From Candidatus Brocadia sp. (lineage in GTDB: Bacteria; Planctomycetota; Brocadiia; Brocadiales; Brocadiaceae), in NCBI GenBank assembly GCA_021650915.1, contig CP091279.1, forward strand, positions 3,150,001-3,182,000: a DNA stretch of 32,000 nucleotides, given 5' to 3'. A program made the translations under genes and the position numbers. Positions 16,516 to 25,170 of the stretch are shown one piece after another. The number at the start of each line of letters is the position of its first letter. Positions within the stretch are counted from its first letter, which is position 1. The notes beneath the pieces are model-generated. The model saw only the letters and a program-made list of their open reading frames with translations. It was not told where the DNA came from and made no database searches.

Positions 16516-17685
16516 ATGGTTAAAAATATTGCACCGCATGGGGGAAAGCTTATTCAGCGGGTTGTATCCATGGAACAACGGGAAATACTCCTGGATAAGG
16601 CAACTCATTATGACATGAAAAAAATCCAGTTGAATTCCCGCGAGATGTCAGACCTCGATATGATTGCCGTTGGGGCGATGAGTCCCCTGGAAGGATTTAT
16701 GTGCAAAGCAGATTATGACAACGTTGTGGACAATATGCGATTGGCGAACGGCCTGCCCTGGTCAATCCCGATTGTCCTCTCAGCAACAAAAGAAGAGACC
16801 GAAGGCCTCAAACCAGGCAAGGATGTAGCTTTGACAGATCAGGCCAACGAAGTAATTGCAATTTTACACCTGGAAGAGATATTTCACCACGATAAACATA
16901 AGGAATCATTAGAGGTTTATGGGGTTGATGACAGAAAACATCCCGGAGTGGATTATGTCTATAACATGGCCGAATACCTTCTTGGTGGCAAAGTAAGTGT
17001 GGTCAACCGGACAAAACCTTCTGATTTTTCCTTATACCGGCTGGACCCGCAGGAGACGAGGGATACCTTCGTAAAAAGAGGGTGGAGACGCGTGGTGGGT
17101 TTCCAGACGCGGAATCCCGTCCACCGCGCCCATGAATACATCCAGAAATGCGCTCTGGAGATTGTGGACGCCATCCTGCTGCACCCTCTCGTAGGGGAAA
17201 CAAAAAGTGATGATGTGCCGGCGGATGTCAGGATCAGGAGTTATGAAGTTCTTTTGCAGAACTATTACCCAAAGGACAGGGCTATGCTGGCTGTTTTCCC
17301 GGCTGCAATGCGGTACGCCGGACCAAGAGAGGCTGTCTTTCATGCGATTGTGAGAAAAAATTATGGCTGTACCCATTTCATTGTGGGGCGGGACCATGCA
17401 GGTGTCGGGAGTTACTACGGAACATTTGACGCACATTATATCTTTGATGAATTTGATCCGCAGGAGATAGGAATCACGCCCTTGTTTTTTGATCATACCT
17501 TCTATTGCAAAGCGTGCAACGGCATGGCTTCTTATAAGACGTGTCCCCATGATTCATCCAATCACGTCATCCTGAGTGGTACAGAAGTCAGAAAAATGCT
17601 TGGTGCGGGACAAGCGCCGCCTCCAACGTTCACAAGGGCGGAGATCGCAAAGGTGCTGAGTGATTATTATCAGAAATTGAAATAG
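16516..17685 (+). CDS. sat: Sulfate adenylyltransferase (ATP sulfurylase), homo-oligomeric Sat type
   Basis: [13 protein letters not shown] and VGRDHAGVG motifs; 389 aa. AAGGAAAG RBS directly upstream. Confidence 0.95.
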   Translation: MVKNIAPHGGKLIQRVVSMEQREILLDKATHYDMKKIQLNSREMSDLDMIAVGAMSPLEGFMCKADYDNVVDNMRLANGLPWSIPIVLSATKEETEGLKPGKDVALTDQANEVIAILHLEEIFHHDKHKESLEVYGVDDRKHPGVDYVYNMAEYLLGGKVSVVNRTKPSDFSLYRLDPQETRDTFVKRGWRRVVGFQTRNPVHRAHEYIQKCALEIVDAILLHPLVGETKSDDVPADVRIRSYEVLLQNYYPKDRAMLAVFPAAMRYAGPREAVFHAIVRKNYGCTHFIVGRDHAGVGSYYGTFDAHYIFDEFDPQEIGITPLFFDHTFYCKACNGMASYKTCPHDSSNHVILSGTEVRKMLGAGQAPPPTFTRAEIAKVLSDYYQKLK

Positions 17686-17696
17686 CATTTTCAGAG

Positions 17697-17730
17697 AAAT
17701 ATTTGACAATTTTCGGCAAAATATTTTTTA
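17697..17730 (+). terminator. AT-rich hairpin plus T-tract after sat (weak terminator candidate)
   Basis: AAATATTTG (17697-17705) pairs with CAAAATATT(T) (17717-17726, one bulge) and runs into TTTTTT (17724-17729). Confidence 0.3.
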
Positions 17731-17803
17731 TTAAGCCTTGTGTTCCGCATTGGATAATGTTTGAAAGCAGCTTTTAAGGCAGCCCAACTTTTGATTGCAG
17801 AGG

Positions 17804-17899
17804 AATTCAATATCGAATATCGAACAAGGAACAACGAATACTGAAGGACGGGAAAACTTCATTATTCGAAAGTCCCTGTTCGATATTTATAATTCAATA
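17804..17899. repeat. MITE-like miniature inverted-repeat element (78 bp) flanked by 9-bp direct repeats
   Basis: AATTCAATA at 17804-17812 and again at 17891-17899. The enclosed 17813-17890 folds as a 72-nt hairpin (17816-17887): outer 13 bp (one bulge), internal loop, inner 11 bp (one mismatch), 10-nt loop. Confidence 0.6.
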
Positions 17900-17966
17900 C
17901 ACCGTAAAGTGGATCCGACCTACCTGTGCCTCTTATGGAAAACTCCGGGAGGAAGAGAGGGCTTTT

Positions 17967-20900
17967 TTAAAGCCCTTTTGCAACGGCAATTCCTCTGGTC
18001 GCAACAAATGACTTCGTGGTAATAAGGTCCTGATCGTCACGCGCAACGATCGTTACCACATTAGGTCCTTCTTTTAAGGGAAGGGTGGTTTGAATTTCAA
18101 ACTTATTTAATTCTTTTAGGGTTGGGTTCTTATTGGACTTAAAAAAGACCTTATCGTTGTTAATCAGGATATAGGCATGCTTTACCCGGATATCATCTTC
18201 GATGACGGCTGAGAACGGCAACTGATCGTTTCCCATCAACGCTTTTGATACGGTTTGGCTCAGGGTAATTGTTGGTGGTATACGCTGGAGAAAAGGCTCT
18301 AGCGTGCTTGGTGCACTTCGCGATTCGGATAACTCCTGAATGTCTTTTGCCGATACCCAACCGTACCGGTTATCCGGAAGCGTTACGCGGAACCAATCAG
18401 AATTTTTTGCGTTTGCCATTAAAACGGTTCCCTCTTTCATCATTGACAGCACCGGAGAATCAAATGACATCCCTCCATACAGTGGCGTGTAATTTTTCCT
18501 TACCTTCAGAAGACCGGAAGCTTGGGTGATTTTCGGCTTGTTTGCAACAACAGGGAACGTTAGCTTGCTGGTTAATAACGTTCCGAAGATCATATCGGAA
18601 ATAATCATATCCATACTGAACTTGTCCGACGACACCGTTTCTTTTATAAAAAATGAGAGGGATGCCTCTTTTCTTTCTCCCGGATTGAGCGCACCTAACT
18701 CTGCCCTGCCATTTTTTACAAAAATTTCTTTGTTGCTAAGTTCCCTTATCGAGATTACATTTTTTTCAGCAACGCCATCTCCGACGTTTTTCACGGATAT
18801 GAGCACTTCAATATCCTCTCCTCTCTGTATCAAACCGTCTCCGTTGTTCTTTGACGAGTTTTTTGCGGTATCCATGACCCGATATGAATAAGCCAAAAGA
18901 GGCCGTGGCAACGCCTCGGTAACAATATTCAGTTGCATGTCCTTTGGGTTACGCTGGTTCATCTCTTCAAACTTAATAGTTATTTCGTCTTCCCTGTCAA
19001 GTGCGCCTTTGGGAATTTCTACGGTTGTGGAATACGATTTTGTGCCGCCTGCATCTATTTTCCCGAGAATAAACTCGAGTTTATCAAAGAGTCCATTCTT
19101 ACTCGACGAAATACCCCGTAACTGGTATGCCGGTGAATCTCCAGTATTTGCAGCCGTCACGGTAAGGGTAATCTTATCGCCGGCCTTTACCCGTCCGTTT
19201 GCAGGAATGGTGGAAATGGAAATGTTTGTCTTCACCGTTCCGGCGCTTACGCCAGGAGACCAATCAATATCCAGTTTTTGAAGCGCCTGGGCAATTTTCT
19301 TTTCTTCAGCTCTTGTCGTCTCTTCGATAACAGGAGCAGAACTTTGTAAAAAGGTGTCCCGCTGCCATGCTGGCGCTTTGGCAAGCAATTTTTTGGCAAA
19401 GATTATATGAAGGTCGGTATTAAAATCCGGCAGTTTATAGGGATCATCGGCCTCCTCCTCCAAGTCTTCCGGAGTATTCTTGTCTTTGTCGGTGTCTTTT
19501 TCCTTGGTTTCCAAATAATACTTCATGGTAGCGAACGGCGTTTCATCTTTGCGATGCTCATCAAGATGCTGTTTGAGATCCTCTTCACGAAGGGCAACGA
19601 TTCCCCGAAAGAGATTGATATGGTCCTTGGCAACGGTTACCGGAACAAGTTTAATATCAGGGGTAATGCCAACCGACTGAATATCCGTGGATAAAGGGGT
19701 GAGATATTTAGCAATGGTCAATTTTAGTGCAGAGCCATCCATCAGTTCGATGAGCTGTTGCACAGAACCCTTGCCGAAACTTCTGTCGCCTACAATAACG
19801 GCACGGTTATTTTCCTTCAACGCTCCGGCAACAATTTCCGCGCCGGAAGCGCTTCCCGCATCGACAAGCACAACAATCGGATACAGGGCTTCATCGGTAT
19901 CGGACTTTCTGGCCTCTGCCACTTCCCGGGGGTGACCGCTGGGGCCAACAGTGATGACGATTGCGCCTCTCTCGAGAAATTTATCTGCAACCTCTATGGC
20001 CTGATCTAACAGACCGCCGGAGTTATTTCTTAAGTCAATAATTAACCCACTGAGTTTTTCACTTGATGATGTGAGACGTTTCAGGTGATCGTTGAGGCAC
20101 TGCGACGTATCATCCTGAAAGTTTCTTATTTTTATGTAGCCTATATTGCCATCCAACGATGCGGATTCGACGGTTGGAATGACAATAATTTCTCGTTTGA
20201 GCGCGACCTGCTTGGCTTGAGCGGCCTTCTCCGTTAAAACGGAGAGCGTTACGGTAGTCCCCGGGTCGCCGCGCAACTTTCCAACGGATTCCGTGAGATT
20301 CATGTTGACGGTGGATTCACCGTCAATTTCAACAATCTTGTCTCCCGCCTTCATTCCAGCCCGGGCGGCAGGGGTGCCGTCAATCGGCGATATTACGGTA
20401 AGCACGCCATCGCGCAGGCCAACTACCATGCCGAGTCCGCCGAATTTGCCCGTCGTGCCGATCTTAAACTCGTCGAATTCTTTCGGGGGTAAAATAATAG
20501 AATGCGGATCCAGCTGGGTGAGCATGCCATTGATTGCGGTGTATTCGATATCGCTGGCAGTAATGACTTCGGATGGTTGACGATGGGTATTAATAAAGGT
20601 CAGGGCATCGTGGAGAATCTCTACCATGTCCTTTGTCCGATGAATTTTTGACAGATCAAACGTTTTTGAAAGATCATCCACCGTCACTTTCCCGGTATTG
20701 GTATGTTCTGGAAAGTCTGCTAATACCTCAGGGATGATCCTTTCTTCCCACGCAAGCGCCTCTTTGAGCATTTCAACGGTTTTGATACGTTCGGGATCTA
20801 CGTACAGCCTATTAACATAGGAACTAACAATCCCGGCCAGGCGAAACTTAAAGTTGCGGTCTTCTTTTTCTGTCCGTTTTTCAAAATGAGGTTCCAGTCC

Positions 20901-20993
20901 AAACGTCTCCGCAAGGCTTATGAAAGAGAAGGAGAAAGAAAGGAAGGCAAAGAAGAGAATCCTTACAAAGCTTGAGGTGCATTTTGATTTCAT
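17967..20993 (-). CDS. Secreted S41-family C-terminal processing peptidase (Ctp/Prc-like) with a C-terminal extension of roughly 480 aa
   Basis: Signal peptide MKSKCTSSFVRILFFAFLSFSFSFISLA. PDZ region GGLGMVVGLRDGVLTVISPIDGTPAARAGMKAGDKIVEIDG. Catalytic motifs LRNNSGG, DAGSASGAEI (Ser) and SFGKGSVQ (Lys). The C-terminal half has two CARDB/Ig-like segments and an SH3b-like segment (DWFRVTLPDNRYGWVSAKDI). Confidence 0.9.
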   Translation of the reverse strand: MKSKCTSSFVRILFFAFLSFSFSFISLAETFGLEPHFEKRTEKEDRNFKFRLAGIVSSYVNRLYVDPERIKTVEMLKEALAWEERIIPEVLADFPEHTNTGKVTVDDLSKTFDLSKIHRTKDMVEILHDALTFINTHRQPSEVITASDIEYTAINGMLTQLDPHSIILPPKEFDEFKIGTTGKFGGLGMVVGLRDGVLTVISPIDGTPAARAGMKAGDKIVEIDGESTVNMNLTESVGKLRGDPGTTVTLSVLTEKAAQAKQVALKREIIVIPTVESASLDGNIGYIKIRNFQDDTSQCLNDHLKRLTSSSEKLSGLIIDLRNNSGGLLDQAIEVADKFLERGAIVITVGPSGHPREVAEARKSDTDEALYPIVVLVDAGSASGAEIVAGALKENNRAVIVGDRSFGKGSVQQLIELMDGSALKLTIAKYLTPLSTDIQSVGITPDIKLVPVTVAKDHINLFRGIVALREEDLKQHLDEHRKDETPFATMKYYLETKEKDTDKDKNTPEDLEEEADDPYKLPDFNTDLHIIFAKKLLAKAPAWQRDTFLQSSAPVIEETTRAEEKKIAQALQKLDIDWSPGVSAGTVKTNISISTIPANGRVKAGDKITLTVTAANTGDSPAYQLRGISSSKNGLFDKLEFILGKIDAGGTKSYSTTVEIPKGALDREDEITIKFEEMNQRNPKDMQLNIVTEALPRPLLAYSYRVMDTAKNSSKNNGDGLIQRGEDIEVLISVKNVGDGVAEKNVISIRELSNKEIFVKNGRAELGALNPGERKEASLSFFIKETVSSDKFSMDMIISDMIFGTLLTSKLTFPVVANKPKITQASGLLKVRKNYTPLYGGMSFDSPVLSMMKEGTVLMANAKNSDWFRVTLPDNRYGWVSAKDIQELSESRSAPSTLEPFLQRIPPTITLSQTVSKALMGNDQLPFSAVIEDDIRVKHAYILINNDKVFFKSNKNPTLKELNKFEIQTTLPLKEGPNVVTIVARDDQDLITTKSFVATRGIAVAKGL

Positions 20994-21145
20994 GAGTCGT
21001 TCCTTATTGAGCTTAAAAACGGATTATAATAAATCGTAAGTATAAAAAGAGAGAAAATATTTATCAAGGAAATAGTCGATGTGGCCGCATAATATTTATA
21101 TCATGTAAGAATTACCATGCGAAGGATTTTTGATTAATTTTACAA

Positions 21146-21173
21146 TTGCAAATCTGATTGCATTTTGTATAAT
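21146..21173 (+). promoter_or_regulatory. Sigma-70-type promoter candidate for the OMP/sugar-transferase operon
   Basis: TTGCAA (21146-21151), 16-bp spacer, TATAAT (21168-21173). Implies a leader of about 140 nt before ATG 21322. Confidence 0.45.
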
Positions 21174-21321
21174 TCACGCACGGAAATGCCTTTTTCATAC
21201 TCCTTTGTGAGACTTTGGCTCATGATGGTTTACCGTGTGCAAGCCTCCTTTTGTAGCAAGTTTTTCCCTCTTTTGATCCTCTTGATAGGGGGGGATTGTT
21301 GCAGCGTCGCTGCGTTAGGGA

Positions 21322-22560
21322 ATGAAAATGAATAATCTGGTAAGATATTTGAAAAAAGTAATATCAATTGCATGTCTTTGGATAGTTATCTGCGTCACGG
21401 CCTTTTCATCCGCATATTCTTCCGACGATGTCGACGATAATGGATTAATCCTTTCCACCACCCGATTTCTTGACTCTCTTTCTTACAACTACAAAGGGTT
21501 CGAAATGCAAGTCGCGGGGGTGTCGATAGGCGAAGAGTACGACGACAATGTTACCTTTAGCAAAGACGATAGAAAAGAAGACTTCATAACTAGCTTGGGG
21601 CTGGGGCTAAGTGCAAAATACGAAGGGAAACTGAGAAGTTTGGAATTGCGCGGCAATATAATAGGTCGGATTTTTAGCCAAAACAGTGACTTCACGAATC
21701 TTACCGAAGACCTCAACGTGACTTTCAAAAACGAGTTTTCACGATATTCTCGTATGAGTGTGCGGAATAAGTTTGAGCATTCCGATGAACCGCTGTTTTT
21801 TAGAGAGGATTATTACACACAGCAATTTGGAAGAGGACAAGGCCGATTTGAATATTTTCAGAACGATTTTTACATCGATTATGCGAGGGATGTTACCAAA
21901 CAGCTCACGCTCATAGCAAAATACAATAATGTCATAGATTTGTTGTCAGGCCAGGATTACCAGGATTCACTTCTTAATAAGGCAGGTGTTGAGGCAGGCT
22001 ATATCTTCAGCTCAACTACTACATCCTTATTTTCGTATGATTTTGCGAACAGGCGATTTCAGGACGAAAGTCATGCCTCAATCCATACAGTTACCACCGG
22101 CATAAAACAGTTTATAACGGAAAAGCTTGCCTTTGATGGCAGGACAGGACTCAATTATATTGATTCCTTTGACAATGATCACTTTACGAAGCCCGTCTTT
22201 ATGACGTCACTTATTTATCAGAAGGATACGGATACAATTGCACGCCTTTCATTTGAAAAAAAGCATGAAACGAGTCGTTACGAGGAAGATATCTTTGATA
22301 ACTGGAGGACGACTGCCTCCGTATCACGGCAGCTGCTGGAAAGACTCCGGGGTTCTCTTTCCGTTTTTTATGGCGAGGGTGAATACCTCATATTAGACAC
22401 GAAGAATAAGTTGTTGGGAGCAAATTCGGCCTTTGTATACGACATTGCCAGGAACTTGAAGGGGAATTTTACTTACACTTTTACACGATCAGATGACGAT
22501 CCTGGGACTTTTTACTATACAAAAAATACGGTGTTTTTCGGATTAACAGCTGAATTTTAA
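21322..22560 (+). CDS. Outer-membrane beta-barrel protein, polysaccharide-locus associated
   Basis: Signal peptide (..ACLWIVICVTAFSSAYS). Alternating amphipathic strands rich in Y/F/T/S/N. C-terminal ..VFFGLTAEF with a terminal Phe, typical of OMPs. Stop is 1 nt before the next start. Confidence 0.65.
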   Translation: MKMNNLVRYLKKVISIACLWIVICVTAFSSAYSSDDVDDNGLILSTTRFLDSLSYNYKGFEMQVAGVSIGEEYDDNVTFSKDDRKEDFITSLGLGLSAKYEGKLRSLELRGNIIGRIFSQNSDFTNLTEDLNVTFKNEFSRYSRMSVRNKFEHSDEPLFFREDYYTQQFGRGQGRFEYFQNDFYIDYARDVTKQLTLIAKYNNVIDLLSGQDYQDSLLNKAGVEAGYIFSSTTTSLFSYDFANRRFQDESHASIHTVTTGIKQFITEKLAFDGRTGLNYIDSFDNDHFTKPVFMTSLIYQKDTDTIARLSFEKKHETSRYEEDIFDNWRTTASVSRQLLERLRGSLSVFYGEGEYLILDTKNKLLGANSAFVYDIARNLKGNFTYTFTRSDDDPGTFYYTKNTVFFGLTAEF

Positions 22561-22561
22561 T

Positions 22562-23971
22562 ATGCTAAAAGAACATCACGTGGCATTTAAATGGCTCATG
22601 ATATTTGTTGATCTTGTCATCGTCATGGTGACTTTTTTTGCCGGATTCTTCTTAAGAAATAAATTTGACGTTAGCTACGAAGATATCAGCACATGCGTCA
22701 TGGTTTTACCCACCGTACTTGTTATATGGGGAGTGCTTCTCCACTATTTTGGCATGTACGATTCTTTTCGGACGAGACCAGTGGTTGATATCTTGTTGAT
22801 TGTGGCTGAGACGGCTTTTGTAGGTGTAGGCCTTTTTGGAAGTTTCGTTTTTGTTGTCAAGATCGAGTCGTTGGGAAGATTGCACACCGCGTATTCATTC
22901 TTGCTTGCGGCAATGTTTCTAAGCATAGAAAAGGTGCTTTTGGTACTGTGGTTCCGGTATCAGCGCAAGAAAGGTCTGAACACAAGAAATATGTTGATTG
23001 TTGGCACAGGCAAAAGGACGCAGCGGTTTTTAGCGTTAATTAATAAACACGCTGAGTGGGGCATTCATGTTGTCGGTCTTGTTGACGAAGACCGTGATAA
23101 AATGAACAGTACAATCTATGGTCATAAAGTAATAGGTTCTTTTAGTGATATGCCTGACATCATAAAAAAAAATGTGGTAGATGAAGTGCTCTTTATTGTT
23201 CCGCGCTCCTGGCTGGATAAGATTGAAGAGCTTATGTACCAATGTGAGATTGAGGGATTAAGGGTGCGTCTGGCCTTAGATTTTTTTGACCTTAAGCTAT
23301 CAAAGGCAAAATATACCTATATAGAAAATTTTCCCATACTTACCTTTGAGAGTGCACCAGACCAGACAATATTCCTTTTGTTAAAGCGTCTGCTTGACAT
23401 AATTTTTTCTGGCATGGCGCTTATCGTATTATCCCCGGTTTTTGTAGTTACCGCCCTACTCATAAAAATAACATCGAAAGGAGAAGTATTCTTTAAGCAG
23501 CAAAGATGCAGCTTATATGGCAGAAGGTTCCTCGTCTATAAGTTCAGAACCATGGTTGAGGATGCTGAGGCCAAACTGAAGGACCTCCTTGCGTATAACG
23601 AGATGGACGGACCCGTCTTCAAGATGGAAAACGATCCAAGAGTAACTAAGATAGGAAAAATATTAAGAAAATTCAGCATAGATGAATTACCACAATTGTT
23701 GAATGTATTTAAGGGGGATATGAGTCTCGTGGGTCCAAGACCTCCCCTTCCCGGAGAAGTGGATCAATATAAGCCCTGGCAAAGAAGACGGTTGAGTATG
23801 AGACCTGGCATGACATGCCTCTGGCAGGCGTATGGCAGAAACGAAATAACTGATTTCAATGAGTGGATGAAGCTTGATTTAAATTATATTGACAATTGGT
23901 CGCTTTGGCTTGATTTCAAGATACTTCTTAAGACGATACCAAGTGTATTATCCGGCATAGGAGCAAAATAA
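22562..23971 (+). CDS. Exopolysaccharide/O-antigen initiating polyprenyl glycosylphosphotransferase (WbaP/EpsB-type 'bacterial sugar transferase')
   Basis: N-terminal TM bundle, a central NAD/CoA-binding-like segment MLIVGTGKRTQ..VVGLVDED, and the C-terminal catalytic domain ..DELPQLLNVFKGDMSLVGPRPPLP. Confidence 0.9.
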   Translation: MLKEHHVAFKWLMIFVDLVIVMVTFFAGFFLRNKFDVSYEDISTCVMVLPTVLVIWGVLLHYFGMYDSFRTRPVVDILLIVAETAFVGVGLFGSFVFVVKIESLGRLHTAYSFLLAAMFLSIEKVLLVLWFRYQRKKGLNTRNMLIVGTGKRTQRFLALINKHAEWGIHVVGLVDEDRDKMNSTIYGHKVIGSFSDMPDIIKKNVVDEVLFIVPRSWLDKIEELMYQCEIEGLRVRLALDFFDLKLSKAKYTYIENFPILTFESAPDQTIFLLLKRLLDIIFSGMALIVLSPVFVVTALLIKITSKGEVFFKQQRCSLYGRRFLVYKFRTMVEDAEAKLKDLLAYNEMDGPVFKMENDPRVTKIGKILRKFSIDELPQLLNVFKGDMSLVGPRPPLPGEVDQYKPWQRRRLSMRPGMTCLWQAYGRNEITDFNEWMKLDLNYIDNWSLWLDFKILLKTIPSVLSGIGAK

Positions 23972-23976
23972 ATGGC

Positions 23977-24405
23977 TTACTTTGGATAAGGATGATATAG
24001 CATCACATAATGGTCAATACCCGCCTCTTGAAACACATCACCAACAACCTCAAAACCATGTTTTCGATAAAAATCGACAAGATGAGTTTGTGCATGTACC
24101 TTGAACTTCTGAAATCCCTGATTTTTTGCAACAGAAAGCATAAATTCGGTTAGTTTGTGGCCAAGATTCTTTCCACGGTGCGATTTCCTGATTGCAAGGC
24201 GTTCCAGTTTTGCATATCCATCCAGGGCGAGTATGCGGCCTGCGGCAAAAGGTTCCCCGCGCTCTTCACCCAAAACATGCGTTGCAGAATAATCATACGC
24301 ATCACGTTCTATGGTATAAGGAATACCCTGTTCTTCCAAAAATACGATACCGCGTATGATAAATACCTTGATCAGATCATCGAGGTTCGTTATCACTTTA
24401 AACAT
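23977..24405 (-). CDS. GNAT-family N-acetyltransferase (ElaA-like)
   Basis: VFLEEQGI.. and acetyl-CoA motif A LAIRKSHRGKNLGHKL; 142 aa. Confidence 0.85.
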   Translation of the reverse strand: MFKVITNLDDLIKVFIIRGIVFLEEQGIPYTIERDAYDYSATHVLGEERGEPFAAGRILALDGYAKLERLAIRKSHRGKNLGHKLTEFMLSVAKNQGFQKFKVHAQTHLVDFYRKHGFEVVGDVFQEAGIDHYVMLYHPYPK

Positions 24406-24513
24406 ATGAGGATGCCTGTTTCAAAGTAACTCTTTATGAATCTCAGGATGAAGGGGATTAGTATTTTGAAATTTCCATGAATTTCTTCTTCAAAGGGAGG
24501 CTGCCGATACCTG

Positions 24514-24948
24514 TTAAAGCTTAAGGATATTGAGTCCTGATACAGGATCAAACTCCCTCAAGGCATTGATTCCGTTAAGTTCAATAATTACCGCCTCAAG
24601 CACAAGAAATGTCTGGGAATTTTCCCTCAGACAACCTACCTTTACGGTGTCTTTTTTCCCGAAGGCAGCATGAAAATGAACCTTTGGTTCGTTATTTTGA
24701 TAAAAGATCGTTCCGAAACCGACGATTTCGTGGCTTTCGCCGAGCGTCCTCCATACGGGGGCAGGGGGGAGTTCGTCTTTTTCTGGTCCCACAACGATCT
24801 TACCCTCACGCATTCCTCCCAGCAGATAGAATGCAGCAGCGCTTATCCCTTCCTTTTTAGCGATCGTGCCGAGATTCCCAAGAACATCCTCTTTGTCTTC
24901 AAATCTTGCCACCACTACTCTTCCCACCGCTCCTACCTGATATTTCAT
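24514..24948 (-). CDS. PPC/DUF296 domain protein (predicted DNA-binding)
   Basis: 144 aa. Pattern GRVVVARFEDKEDVLGNL..AAFYLLGGMREGKIVV...HFHAAFG is typical of the DUF296 single-domain family. GGAGG lies 9 nt upstream. Confidence 0.65.
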   Translation of the reverse strand: MKYQVGAVGRVVVARFEDKEDVLGNLGTIAKKEGISAAAFYLLGGMREGKIVVGPEKDELPPAPVWRTLGESHEIVGFGTIFYQNNEPKVHFHAAFGKKDTVKVGCLRENSQTFLVLEAVIIELNGINALREFDPVSGLNILKL

Positions 24949-25015
24949 TAAAAAATTCCTCCGTGTATAATAAATGACCGATTTGTTCCAGAGTTTACTG
25001 GTTGATCTTCGTGTT

Positions 25016-25044
25016 AGCTTAAATGAATAAGATCACGGTGTCAA
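25016..25044 (-). promoter_or_regulatory. Sigma-70-type promoter candidate for the PPC/GNAT genes
   Basis: On the minus strand: TTGACA (25044-25039), 17-bp spacer, TAAGCT (25021-25016). Confidence 0.4.
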
Positions 25045-25124
25045 TGTAAAGTTAGCGAAATAAATGAAAAAAGGGTATGGCTTGCAATTTCTTAACTCAT
25101 TTGATAATAAAGATATAAAATCAC

Positions 25125-25153
25125 TTGACTTGAATAAAAGGATAGTTTACAAT
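25125..25153 (+). promoter_or_regulatory. Near-consensus sigma-70 promoter about 600 bp upstream of rny
   Basis: TTGACT (25125-25130), 17-bp spacer, TACAAT (25148-25153). No ORF of convincing quality follows before rny. Confidence 0.55.
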
Positions 25154-25170
25154 CAGGTTCAAAAGTTCAA

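Noticed and set aside
14507-17685. Reading aprAB-sat as evidence of dissimilatory sulfate respiration or sulfur oxidation
   Set aside because: Both Apr-like subunits are much shorter than the dissimilatory forms, and no qmo, aprM or dsr gene is nearby. The window alone cannot support a respiratory role.
17795-18022. 75-aa plus-strand ORF spanning the hairpin element and the 3' end of the protease gene
   Set aside because: It reads straight through an inverted repeat and into the opposite-strand gene. The hairpin/MITE interpretation explains the sequence better.
21140-21223. 27-aa minus-strand ORF MSQSLTKEYEKGISVRELYKMQSDLQL that looks like the start of an HTH (IS-type OrfA-like) protein
   Set aside because: It is too short to be a domain. 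The AAGGAGG is 20 nt from the ATG, the ORF overlaps the predicted plus-strand promoter, and there are no flanking IS features. At most it is an unprovable gene relic.
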